A DNA stretch of 64,000 nt, from NCBI GenBank assembly GCA_964016885.1, contig OZ024741.1, positions 200,756,001-200,820,000 of the forward strand, written 5' to 3'. Shown here piece after piece: positions 1 to 12,528 of the stretch. Position numbers and translations under genes: made by a program. The stretch comes from Eledone cirrhosa (Eukaryota). The notes under the pieces are model-generated. The model was not told where the DNA came from. It did not search any database and saw nothing but the letters and a program-made list of their open reading frames with translations. Position 1 is the stretch's first letter; every line of letters starts with the position of its first letter.

Positions 1-694
1 TGCCTTTCCCGGCCCCTACCACATAAGTAAAATTTTACGCTAATTAAATTTTATATATTTAAATGAAGTTCAGATATAAAAAAATAAGCTTAAAAAGAAT
101 TTATTATATCAAATAAACAAAAAATAAAACATGGACGGTTGAAAAAGTGGGGTGGGGGGATTTGTTCCCTGGTACCCTTCTGAAACAAGGCCGTTATATA
201 TATATATATATATATATATAGTAATAATAAATATGAAGTCTTAAATCCGAAAAGGCCACGATAAGGATTATATATATATAATATATATATAAACCCGTAG
301 AGCAAATATTTATTATAAGAACAGATTAAGCTTTAAGCAAAGAATCGCTACTTTCATCCATACCGGGATCTTCTGAAACTAAAAAAAAAATCAATCTGTG
401 AACGCAGAAGTAAATATTTCGAGAAACGTTACAACCGAAGGAAAACAGGAAGACGATACTTTGGTTCGTGAAGACGTTCCCTGGCAATGAACGGAAAAAA
501 AGCGAAGATAATTACGCCGTTATGTGGATTGATGAGAACAAAATCTTGCTAAGACAAAAACCTATTTATGCTATAAATGGAGTCATAGACTAATATTTAA
601 TAACCGAATAATTTCCAGCTCTGGAGTTTGAGAATAATGTAAATAAAATTATTAAACAAAAATGACAGAGGTTATTAAAATAAGTAAAAGTAAA

Positions 695-874
695 TAATTG
701 TTTCTACTTTAGGCACAAGGCCAGCAATTACCCAGTACATTACTGGTACTTTATTTTATCGACCCCGTAAGGATGAAGGGCAAAGTTAACCTCGGCGGGA
801 TTTGAACTCAGACTGTAAAGGGACGTAACTATGCTAGAAAGCATGGCGTCCAACCCTCTACCGATGCTGCCAAT
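695..874 (-). mobile_element. tRNA-derived SINE (V-domain-like core), family A
   Basis: Reverse complement of the window's recurrent ~190-bp unit: A-box TGGCAGTATCGG, B-box GAGTTCAAATCC, core GCCTTTCATCCTTACGGGGTCGATAAAATAAAGTACCAG, tail GTAGAAACAATTA. Confidence 0.85.
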
Positions 875-894
875 AATAGTTAAGATTTAGGCCA

Positions 895-1299
<405 letters not shown>

Positions 1300-1300
<1 letters not shown>

Positions 1301-1590
1301 AGGGCGGGTAAAATTCCCCCCGAGATCCATCGACGAGTTCTCTCCAGCGGTTTCTGTCCCTCATTATCGCTGCCATGTCCTGCATCTCCAACAGACCAGT
1401 GTCTGTCCTTAGGGCATCAACATATGTTAACTTTGGTCTTCCTCTTCCAGTGTGTCAATGCAGGGGCTCCCACAGGAGCACTGAGTGCAGTGTCAACTCT
1501 GGATGTCGGTGAGCATGTCCAGCTAACCTCAGTCATCTCTGTGTCACTTTTGAGCTGACTTTTGGGAGGCTCCCGTACAGCTCTGAGTTC
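1300..1590 (-). mobile_element. RTE-clade LINE 3' end
   Basis: Minus translation LYGSLPKVSSKVTQR*LRLAGHAHRHPE..LLWEP..GRGRPKLTYVDAL..DRNRWR is typical of the RTE ORF C-terminus. The same 3' end recurs at 31092-31262 and 39680-39804. Confidence 0.85.
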
Positions 1591-1599
1591 TTCATCCTA

Positions 1600-1915
1600 A
1601 TGACAAGAGTTCTTTGAGATACTGGCTGGAATGCTCCAGGTAAATACATTGGCTCCCTACCTTTTTATCATCGCAGTGGACTATTGTATGCACCTTGCGC
1701 TGGAGAAACACCAGGACTCTGGCTTTACTGTAACACCGGCTCAGAGCAGGAGAGTTAAGGCAAAAAAGATATCGGATGCTGAATTTGCCGACGGCATAGT
1801 TTTGGTGACAAATACAGTGAAGGAGGCAGAGGATTTGATGCAGGAGGTGGAGACTGTGTCGATGAGTGTGAGGCTGAGAATGAATGATATTAAGACAAAA
1901 TATCTGCCAGAGAAG
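1600..1915 (+). mobile_element. RTE-clade LINE reverse transcriptase fragment, inverted relative to the 3' end
   Basis: GMLQVNTLAPYLFIIAVDY...EFADGIVL...KTKY matches degenerate QGDxLAPxLF / FADD / KTK RT motifs. Confidence 0.8.
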
Positions 1916-2156
1916 ATTACATACATATATATATATATACATATATACATACCTACACCTACATATACATGCATATACATATATACATTACATACATATA
2001 TACATTACATACACAGTTACATATACATACGCGCGCACACGTACATATACCTACACGCATATATATACGCATGCATGCATATACGCCCATATATATATAT
2101 ATATATATGTATACATACACATAAATACACATATGTACATACATACGCACATATGG

Positions 2157-2300
2157 TGGCTGCCAACTCGTTTTCGAGTACGGCCACTACTTTATATCCA
2201 TGTAGGAGAACCCCTACCGATGCGCTGAACAAGTGTGACTTTTTAGTCCAGCCAGCGACTTGAAAACTCTGGTACAAACACTACACTTGTGACAATTATT
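2157..2300 (-). mobile_element. RTE-like LINE 3' fragment with C2H2 finger
   Basis: Minus translation CSVCTRVFKSLAGLKSH. Confidence 0.5.
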
Positions 2301-2760
2301 GACACATAGTGCTGAGCCCATGGTACCATGTGACGACAAGTGCAGAGAGATCTCCAGATATAAAGCAATGCCTGTGCCGTGAAGCTTTTATAGTGAGCAA
2401 AGGCACTGCACAAAGCCAGTCCCACTCTCTTAACCAAGATGATATTTACCAAAAAGAAGAACAAGTCAACATCATTGGATACCATCAGGGCTGCAGGTGT
2501 TATATCAGAGTTTTCCTTCTAGAATTCTGCCTTGACAAAGGCTAAGGGGTCATCTCTCCCGGTGATTTTGGATGGCCATTGACTCTTAAGAGCTCCTTTG
2601 CCCTTTGACAGGTTTTATTTTTAGTCCTGCAGGATGTCCAAAGTCACCCTCCTCACCAAGAAACCTTGGTGGGGTTGCCAGTGTAGTCGCCAACGACCCG
2701 ACCATGAGACAGGTTGTACTGGGATACATGTTACAAGTAGCACCAACTGGTGACCTGACA
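2300..2760. mobile_element. Non-autonomous interspersed repeat (second copy at 61020-61275, opposite strand)
   Basis: The CCATGGTACCATGTG..GAGATCTCCAGATATAAAGCAATGCC block is nearly identical in both copies. Confidence 0.7.
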
Positions 2761-2907
2761 TACATATATGCATACGTACATACTTACATATACATACCTA
2801 CGTACACACTCGGTTGTAACGTTTTCCGAAATATTAACTTCTGCGTCCACATCCTCTTAAGAGTGAAAGCAGCGATTCTTTGCTTAAACTTTAATCTGCT
2901 CTTATAA

Positions 2908-2990
<83 letters not shown>

Positions 2991-2992
<2 letters not shown>

Positions 2993-3636
2993 CCGGAGGT
3001 ATATGGTCTTTAAAGCGATGAAATACCAATGATGGTTGGAAGATCACTGATGAAGGACTAACTTTATTCATATGTAACCCATTAGCAACCACGCAGCACG
3101 TTTATTCTCATATTTACACATATTTTTTCCCCCGCTGTGACCCGTCTATTTCGTTCTTACTGCTTCCTCTTTCTCTGTATCTTTACCCTCTCTAACAGTC
3201 ACTCTCTCTGTTAGCCTCTTCCTCACCCTTCACTCACTCACTCTCTGTTACTACCTCCCTTCCTCCTTCTTCCCGTTTGACCTGTGCGTAATTCTTTTCT
3301 CTCGCACCCTTGGTCAGGCAGGTTCGCTTTTTTTTCTCTCTCTCGTCTACGATTTCACAGAACTTATGTTCACCGAATTCACAGACTAGATTCCTTCTTC
3401 CTCCCGTTAGACCTGTACGGAATTCCTTCCTTGCTCACATTCCAACCAGGTTTGATGGTCTTTATTCTCTCTCGTTCACGATTTCACCGAACTTATATTC
3501 ATGGAAATTTGGGACTTGACTCCTTCTTCCTCACTTTTCGTTGCTTCACCATCTTTGTTTGTTTACACTCTCGTGTCCCCTTTATTTACGTGTCCCAACG
3601 ACTTTTTTTAGCCGTTGCTCGCACCAACCGGAGGTA
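2991..3636 (+). mobile_element. HHR-like tandem-unit element, relative of 19155-20442
   Basis: Begins and ends with AACCGGAGGTA; shares GCGATGAAATACCAATGAT.GTTGG...TCACTGATGA.GGACTAA with the 19-20 kb copies. Confidence 0.6.
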
Positions 3637-3936
3637 ATTCATCTTCAGAAAATTGTGATCTTTGTATAGAGGAAATATTCTTTATATTAAAGACCAAAAA
3701 TTCCCTTAATTTAAGGAATAATTTATTCAGTTGCTGCAGATATAGAGTGAACTCAACGTTTAAATATAAATATAAATTTAAAATGTAGTATAATTAATTA
3801 AGTAATTTGGTTAATATATGAAACCTGTCGATAAATCATTAGATCCCTTCACCTTTTTCATTTTCTTTGGTTAAATACTCAAGTATAAATTTTCTTCCTA
3901 AATATAAATATAGATATAATAAACTACTCTAGAAAT

Positions 3937-4325
3937 GTTTATCCTTTCAATATCTTAAATAAAATATACGTAAGATAAATTTCTATACTAAATATTTTAA
4001 ACATATTATTTTAGCTTAAAATATTCTATAATATTTTAAAATATTTTAATATTTTGATATCTGTAGAATCCTTGTTTTTTAAGTTATATTGATATAATAT
4101 TTTATTTATTTTTTTATTAGGTTTGTTTTTATTCTGATAGCTTCTCATAATTTTCAAAAGTTTATCCTTTCAATATCTTGATTAAAATATACGTAAGATA
4201 AATTTCTATACTAAATCTGTTAAACATATTATTTTAACTTAAGATATTCTATAATATTTTAAAATATTTTAATATTTTGATATTTGTAGAATTCGTTTGT
4301 CTTTTAAGTTATATTGATATAATTA
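3937..4325. repeat. AT-rich direct duplication, period ~223 bp
   Basis: GTTTATCCTTTCAATATCTT... starts at 3937 and again at 4160. Confidence 0.85.
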
Positions 4326-4994
4326 TATTTCCAAAATATAATCCTTTTGTATTTTATATACTCAATTGTACTATGTAATATATTGATGTACTTATCTCTA
4401 TACGACTATGTATCTATATATGTGTATTAACATACATATACATGTGTTATATGCTTTTTTATGATTATATGTCTGTCTGTATATATGCATGAGTGACGCG
4501 TGTCTACCAATTGGGTGAAGATGCACACACATATTTATATATGTATAGCTAGGAATTGTGTGTGTACATGTACATGCTTACCCATGCAGTTTTGATTGCA
4601 GATATGCATAATTTTAACAGCCATAAATGCATGAAAGTTAATCCTATATACTTATATATACTAAGAATTTTTACAAGGAATGTATAGCAGTAATAAAAAA
4701 AAATCACTTATGCTTTGTATGTATATATTATATGCGGGAGTAGATATAATGTGTATTTTCTGAGTGTGTGTGTATATATATATTTATGTATCTTTGCCTA
4801 TATGTACGTGCTATACGATAGGTAATTTCTCTAGCAATATATATATTTTGTGATGTTTAAATTCCAATTTTTAATATATTGATCTCAATTTTTAAACTAA
4901 ATATCTAATCATAATTAAACAATGATTAATTTCTCATATTATATACGTATATTATATATATATATACTTATATATATATACGTATATATATATA

Positions 4995-5380
4995 AGGGCG
5001 GTGGATTGGCAGTATCAGTAGAGGGTCGGACGCCATGCTTTCAAGCTTAATTACGTCCCTTTACGATCTGAGTTCAAATCCGAGGTTGACTTGCCTTTCA
5101 TCCTTACGGGGTCGATAAAATAAAGTACCAGTAATGCACTTGGTAATTGCTGGCCTTGTGCCAAAAGTAGAAACAATTATCTATTCATGTGCAGTGGATT
5201 GGCAGTATCGGTAGAGGGTCGGACGCTATGCTTTGACGTATGGAGTTACGACCCTTGCCATTCTGAGTTCAAATCCCACCGAGGTTAACTTTGCCTTTCA
5301 TCCTTACGGGGTCGATAAAATAAAGTACCAGTAATGCACAGAGATAATTGCTGGCCTTGTGTCAAAAGTAGAAACAATTA
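4995..5380 (+). mobile_element. Two tandem family-A SINEs (4995-5179, 5191-5380)
   Basis: A/B boxes, core and tail present in both. Confidence 0.88.
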
Positions 5381-5782
5381 TATACGTATATTCCATTCAT
5401 GAATATTAATATTTCTAATTTTATTTATTCATTTCATCTCAATTGTTAACTCAACTTAATATGACATGACTTAAGGTTTTCGTTCTCTCCCCCTCTCTCT
5501 ATCTCTATATTTCTCTCTCTTGAGTTTTTTCTCTCTGTCTGGTGGTTTGATATCTCTCTGTTGTTTTCCTCTGTTTTCTTTTTTTTCTTTTTTTTCTTTC
5601 CTCTTTTTCTTTGTTTATCTCTCCCTTTCTTTTCTCCACGTTTCTCTCTCTCCATCTTTTTACTTATCTTTAACACTACGATTTACAAAATTAAACAAAC
5701 CACTATCCTGATGTCTTCCAAAAGTAACGGTCGCATTTTGAAAGGGTACGTCAATGTTTATTTATAAAACTGGTATATATTG

Positions 5783-5848
5783 TATTTTGTCTGATGAAGG
5801 CATACCATAATTTAACTTGGTATCCTTGAAATATGTATAATGAAATAA
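5783..5848 (+). ncRNA. Minimal hammerhead ribozyme motif (PLE-type)
   Basis: CTGATGA (5791), stem II AGGcATACCA/TGGTATCCT, GAAA (5828), TATG-TA, then AATAAA. Stem I is weak. Confidence 0.6.
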
Positions 5849-5886
5849 ATATGGTTTTATAAATATAGTTTCCATTTGTTATTATC

Positions 5887-5972
<86 letters not shown>

Positions 5973-6424
5973 TCATTATAAGAACAGATTAAAGTTTAAG
6001 CAAAGGATATATATATATATGTAAATTATATATACTAGCAGAAAAACTACCCATCGGGTGGTTTTCTGCTAGCATGTGTAGTGTGTATATTGATATTATA
6101 CGCAAGTATATATATGCATGTAGACATCAAATAAAATCGTAATTGACAATATACACAGAAATTGAATGAAGATTGTGTTACACTCTCTTATGTAATCAGT
6201 AACGTAATTCATGATACGTTAAAAAAAGACGATATTATATATAAACTGCATTAGGAGAAAATTAGTGATAGAAACATGAATATTTATTTAAACGATCACT
6301 AACCGGAAGTGTTGACATTTGAAAGTTTTAAAGTAGTGAATCTTTAAATAAGTAATAACATATATTTAATGAACAACCACGAAATTTAGTAGATGAATTA
6401 TGTAATATTCATTCATTATTTATA

Positions 6425-6614
6425 AGGGCGGTGGATTGGCAGTATCGGTAGAGGGTCGGACGCCATGCTTTCCAGCATAGTTACGTCCCTTTACGATCTG
6501 AGTTCAAATCTAGCCGAGGTTAACTTTGCCTTTCATCCTTACGGGGTCGTAAAATAAAAGTACCAGTAATGCACTGGGTAATTGCTGGCTTTGTGCCTAA
6601 AGTAGAAACAATTA
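6425..6614 (+). mobile_element. Family-A SINE
   Basis: Full-length match to the consensus. Confidence 0.88.
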
Positions 6615-6753
6615 TTTATTCAAAGTAATCCAACTTATTTTACTAAGGGGATAACAAATTATAAACCGTACCCAGTCACGCGCTTCTTACTTTATTATAG
6701 TTTAGATATTTAAATGTAAGTAGGCACACGTACACACACGCACACACACGCAT

Positions 6754-6799
<46 letters not shown>

Positions 6800-6802
<3 letters not shown>

Positions 6803-7792
6803 GTAATAATAATAAATTTTAAGACTAAAATCCAAAGAGGGCTCGATAAGGATAAATATATATCAAATATATAAGAACCGTAGAGCAAATATTTATTAAA
6901 ATAACAGATTAAAGTTTAAACAAAGAATAGCTGCTTTCACCCTTAACGGGATCTTCTGAAACTAAAAATGTCAATCTGTGAACGCGGAAGTAAGTACTTC
7001 AAAAATCGTTGCAACCGAATGAAGACAGGAAGACGATACTTTGGTTCGTGGAAACGTTCCCTGGCAAAGAACGGGAAAAAACGAAGATAATACGTCATTA
7101 TTTGGAGCGGTGAAAACAATTACACGCAAAGACAAAACCACGTTTATGGTATAAATGAAGCTGTAGACTAATATTCTATTAGGTGGTTCATGGAGCCGTT
7201 CTCTGGCAATGAATGGAAATAATACGTCATTATGTGGATCGGGGAGAACAATTACACGCAAAGACAAAACCACGCCGCTCAGGCCCTGGAAATAGTCTAC
7301 GCCACAGACCACATCTTGAACAAAAAATCTGAGGCAATTTCAGCTTGTAAACATAAATTGCACAAAACTTTCCTGTATTACAGCCCCACATTATACCCTA
7401 ACGGATAGTACGAACTATATGCGGATATTTTACGTCTTGATGTGGTAGCTAAGTATATGTTATGTTTATACCATTACTTATTTGTATAGGTAAGTATATA
7501 TTACCTGTATGTTTTGTGAAGGTACGTATACTTTCTCGTGCGTATATTTGATTGTATGTTATGGCGTATATATTATTTTTTCTGGTACATATGCTTTTGG
7601 TTATGTGTATACGTGAGATTTGCGTCTGTGCGAGTATGCGGGTTCGTACGTATGTAGGGTGTGTGTATATGTGTACTTCGTGTTTTGGTTGACGTACGTC
7701 TCCGAAAATAAGTGTATTTACATGTAGGTATGTGTGTGCGCTTGTTATATACGTATTTATTTATTTATATACGTTTATTTAATTATATGTAT

Positions 7793-7828
<36 letters not shown>

Positions 7829-8499
7829 TTTTTAATATATAATTTTATGTGTATTTGGTGTATACATTCGTATGCGTGGGTTCTGTATGTGCGTGCGTTT
7901 TTTTTTTATCGTTTTTTTTTGTACGTGCGTGTATTTGTATACCTATGGCGAGTGTTTTCGCGTATGCTTGTGTATGTACGTATATGGATGCGTGTATGTA
8001 TTTATTTAATTTCAATTACCTCTGTATTTTATTTACTTTATTCTTAACTCTGAAGCCGAGAATCATTCGGTTTCCTAGTTAGAATTTTAGTCTACGACTT
8101 CAGCTATACCATTTACGTGGTTTTGTCTTTGCATGCAATTGTTCTCCACGTTCCACATATGACGTATTTTCTTCGTTTTTTCCGTTCAGAATTGCCAAAG
8201 AACGTCTCTATGAACTACCTAAGAGAACATTAGTCTACGACTTCTTTTATACCATAAACGTGGTTCTGTCTTTGCGTGTAATTGTTTTTCACCGCTCCTA
8301 TTAATGACGTATTATATTCGTTTTTCCCGTTCTTTGCCAGGGAACGTTTCCACGAACCAAAGTATCGTCTTCCTATCTTCTTCCGGTTGCAACGTTTTTT
8401 GAAATATTCACTTCTGCGATCACAGATTGACTTTGTTAGTTTCAGAAGATCCCGTTAAGGGTGAAAGCAGCGATTCTTTGCTTAAACTTTAATCTGTTA

Positions 8500-8505
<6 letters not shown>
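6800..8505. mobile_element. TA-flanked repeat family in opposed orientation (~6800-7270 and ~8050-8505; also 220-600 and 25536-25660)
   Basis: The shared block CAGAAGATCCCGTTAAGGGTGAAAGCAGC resembles a degenerate HHR core (CAGAAGA instead of CTGAAGA). Confidence 0.6.
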
Positions 8506-8554
<49 letters not shown>

Positions 8555-8593
8555 TAGCCGAGTAGCCCGACCTTCCTGGGAAATAATATATAT

Positions 8594-9068
8594 ATATAAG
8601 TATGTACACGTACATACATATATGTATACAGACGTACAGTAGTATGTATATATATATGTACGTATGGATTCACCGAACATTTATTATAATGCTCAGTGTG
8701 TTTGTAAACAAACATCCCGTATTAAGCCGTAGTGTCCAGCAACCATCGTTGCTCGTTTGTTGAACACTGACAAAGGAACGCTGTACCAGTTTCAAGCCTA
8801 TTAGCCATCGTCAGCAACGTATACCTTCCTGCCAGATTGTTGAACGTATATACTTACCTTATGCATATTAACAGCTGAGAAGCCCAATTTGCATATCGAG
8901 TGGGTTAACCGGCCGGGTGCACCGAAAACGATAAACGGAAAAAATGAAACGAAATTACAAACACACTGAGCATTATAATAAATGTTCGGTGAATCCATAC
9001 GTACATATATATATACATACTACTGTACGTCTGTATACATATATGTATGTACGTGTACATACTTATAT
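8594..9068. repeat. Inverted repeat, ~113-bp arms (8594-8707 / 8955-9068), within a TA-flanked family also at 18800-19135 and 25680-26125
   Basis: Arms are near-perfect reverse complements. Confidence 0.85.
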
Positions 9069-9483
9069 TTAAGTAACAGCCGTACTAAGAGTGGGAAATG
9101 AAATTTCGTTTCATTTTTTCCGTTTATATATATATATATATATACATACAGACACATATATACATATACATATGTACGTATGGGTTGTATCGAACATTAA
9201 GAATAATGTTCGATTCGTGTGTAAATAAACGGCCCGATTTGAAGCTGTGCCGTGCCGGTGACCGATCGTCACCTGTTTGTTGAACACTGGCTTTGGGGAC
9301 CAATCAACATGTTTCTGGGTTATTATCCCTTATTAGGACTGTATACGTCTGCCAGTCTGTTGAACGGTTGAAAATATATAGTATTTTTATCGGCTGAGTA
9401 GTCTCAATTACATACCGAGCACGTTGCGGTGCCCTTGCCAAATATTAAAAATAAAATTAGAATTCCATTTCTCCCCTAGCACA

Positions 9484-9592
<109 letters not shown>

Positions 9593-10254
9593 CTGTGTGT
9601 TTGTATACATGTGTGAACGTGTGCATACTTACATTTATGTATCAGCTGTGCTAGCGTGAGAAATAAAATTCTAATTTTATTTATAAATATATATATATAT
9701 AAGTTAGAACAATGAAATAAAAAAAGAAGTCATTAGAAATATACTTCACTGCTTTACGATCGTTTCTAGGTGATGATAATACATTGTAACTATACTTTGT
9801 TATCGATCTGTGTAAGGTTAGTTACAAAATATCAGAAGAGAGAATATTTACTTACATGCATATCACCAGCTATTGTCAAAAGCAATAATAATTTTATTCA
9901 AAATTAGTATTAAATTAGTAGTAAGTTTAGTTCCATGACCTTATTTGGAGGTAGCTGAAGAACTAACCAATCAGATTGTTTTGTTCCCTATGATGTTAAG
10001 ATGAAAAATAATTCACTTTAGTTGAGGTCATGACCCTTTGAAAGGAATGGTTGAATGGTATTAATAATAGAATTGTTATAAAACATCTATTAGGAAGAAA
10101 GGGATTGTCAAATTGATAGTTGAATATATATGGTATATGGAAGATTAAAAGGAATGTAAAAATTAAATGTTGAGTTGTGTTGTGTGGAGTTTTTAGGTGA
10201 ATATAAATTAAGGTCATGACTAGGAAAGACAGTATATTAAAAGATGAATATTAT

Positions 10255-10580
10255 CGGGTTGGCAGTATCGGTAGAGGGTCGGACGCCATGCTTTCCAGCA
10301 TAGTTACGTCCCTTTACGATCTGAGTTCAAATCCCGTCGAGGTTGACTTTGCCTTTTATCCTTACGGGGTCGATAGAATAAAGTACCAGTAATGCACTGG
10401 GTAATTGCTGGCCTTGTGCCTAAAGTAGAAACAATTATAATAAGATAATTGTTTCTACTTTAGGCACAAGGCCAGCAATTATCCAGTGCATTACTGGTAC
10501 TTTATTCTATCGACCCCGTAAGGATAAAAGGCAAAGTCAACCTCGGCGGGATTTGAACTCAGACCGTAAAAGGACGTAAC
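10255..10580. mobile_element. Tail-to-tail pair of family-A SINEs (+10255-10437, -10446-10580)
   Basis: The minus copy is 5'-truncated and flanked by the direct repeat ATTATAATAAGATAAT. Confidence 0.85.
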
Positions 10581-10737
10581 ATTATAATAAGATAATGAAA
10601 TACAGTATGTATAAATAATCAAACTCAGATAAATGCATGTTGACATAGTCAAAATGTATAAATTTCATAGATCACAAAGTGCATATACCCACATTATAGA
10701 TAGAGGTATAGTTATATTGATACTCAATTAAAAATAT

Positions 10738-10821
<84 letters not shown>

Positions 10822-11141
10822 ATATATGTGTGCACATGTGTAGATGTATGTATATGTTTGCATCTATTTATGTGTATGTATATTTTTAATTGAGTATCAA
10901 TATAACTATACCTCTATCTATAATGTGGGTATATGCACTTTGTGATCTATGAAATTTATACATTTTGACTATGTCAACATGTATTTATCTGAGTTTGATT
11001 ATTTATACATAGACATACTTGAAAGTATTTTAAGGCGTATCATACACTGTATTATACTAAGTACAATTTAACATACCGTACTATATTGTGTTACATTATA
11101 TTATATTATTGTATTACTGTATTTCATTATCTTATTATAAT
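10581..11141. repeat. Inverted repeat with ~140-bp arms around a (TA)n spacer
   Basis: 10607-10748 vs 10870-11010, plus outer arms 10581-10607 vs 11115-11141. Confidence 0.85.
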
Positions 11142-11144
11142 CTT

Positions 11145-11592
11145 CAATAACTGCTTTTATGTGAGATCGAAATCGTCTACATGCTCGAATTAAATGGACC
11201 TGGTTCATATTGGACATTACTCTGACTCTGGTACCTTTCAAAATATCTTTGGTGTTATAGGAGTGTTCATTGACCTCTCGCTCAACAACTCTCCATACTT
11301 AGTAGTCCAATGGATTGAGATCTACAGAGTTAGGAGGCCAAATGTTAGGGGTTATGTGATCATGAACATGTTCAGCCATTCATTCCTGCGTTACTTGAGC
11401 CTTGTTTGATGGTACAGTGTCTTCCTGAACCACATAAGGCCTTCCATTATATACACTGTCTTACTAGGGCTTAACAACTGTTTCCAAGACCTCAATGTAG
11501 ACAACAGAGGTAACTCTAAGGAATTGGGTAATAAATAAGGAGGTATCACATATCCTTCAATGCTTTCACCCCACAAAAACCATGACCTTTGC
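11145..11592 (-). mobile_element. Tc1/mariner transposase C-terminal relic
   Basis: Minus translation TQEWLAEH..HITPNIWPPNSVDLNPLDY*VWRVVER matches the WPPxSPDLNPxD motif. Confidence 0.8.
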
Positions 11593-11997
11593 AGCCAAGT
11601 GCGAAGTTCGCGCAGTTATTCGGTTTTTGAACGCAAAAGGCGTTGAACCGATTGAAATTCATCGCCAATTGACGGAAGTGTATGGAAAGTGGTGCATGGA
11701 TGTCAAAAACGTTCGCAAGTGTGTAGAATTTCGCAATTGGCGATGAATTTCAATCGGTTCAACGCCTTTTGCGTTCAAAAACCGAATAACTGCGCGAACT
11801 TCGCACTTGGCGGTAGCGTTCAACGGGAGCTCCATTCTCAACAGCTGCCAAACCTGGATTGAGCATCCTAGCGAAGCGCGCGCATGCTTGTTTTGGGAGT
11901 GAAGGATACACCAATCACAACAGTGTTGCCAACAGCCGTACGAACAGTTTCTCTGCGTCCCCATCGCTTTGGAGACCTTACTTTTGGGATTGCCCTC

Positions 11998-12000
<3 letters not shown>
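11593..12000 (-). mobile_element. Mariner 5' end (TIR plus HTH start) with internal inverted duplication
   Basis: TIR TACGAGGGCAATCCCAAAAGTAAGG abuts (TA)n; translation MELPLNATAKCEVRAVIRFLNAKGVEPIEIHRQL. Confidence 0.85.
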
Positions 12001-12068
<68 letters not shown>

Positions 12069-12528
12069 TGTGTGTGTATATATCTATATGTGTGTGCGTG
12101 TGAGTATGATATAATAAAACATATATTTTGATTATGTGAATGTCTTCATTTGTTAATATTCTGAATAATATTAATAACTCCAGAACACCTTTTATTGTAG
12201 AGTGCTTTTAATCTATTGTAAAACTATATGCATTGAGTAATCAATGAACCATATTAATCTTTGGTTATATATAGAGAGAGAGATATACAATTGTAATTAT
12301 AACACGACAGCTCCATTACCATCCTCCGAGGAAACGCCTTCTCCATTCTGTCCGCCGGGGCTGTGGGGCGGCCAGCACTTGGGATCCCATTTGCTCATCA
12401 TAGTGAGAGATGGGGAAGGTGAGAGAGATGGAAGGCGATGACAGTGGGAGTTCGGCTCCTCTGTGTTCGGACCTGATGTTAAAAGTCACATTATTCTTCA
12501 TTAGATTGGGGGAAATCATGGCACCACT

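Noticed and set aside
4995-5180. tRNA genes at A/B-box sites
   Set aside because: They are SINE heads followed by the shared core and tail; no convincing cloverleaf.
6034-6072. CTAGCAGAAAA hairpin resembling a Helentron/HINE terminus
   Set aside because: No matching second terminus identified nearby.
9900-10250. Possible mitochondrial insertion (strand-skewed AT-rich tract)
   Set aside because: No mitochondrial gene motif recognised.
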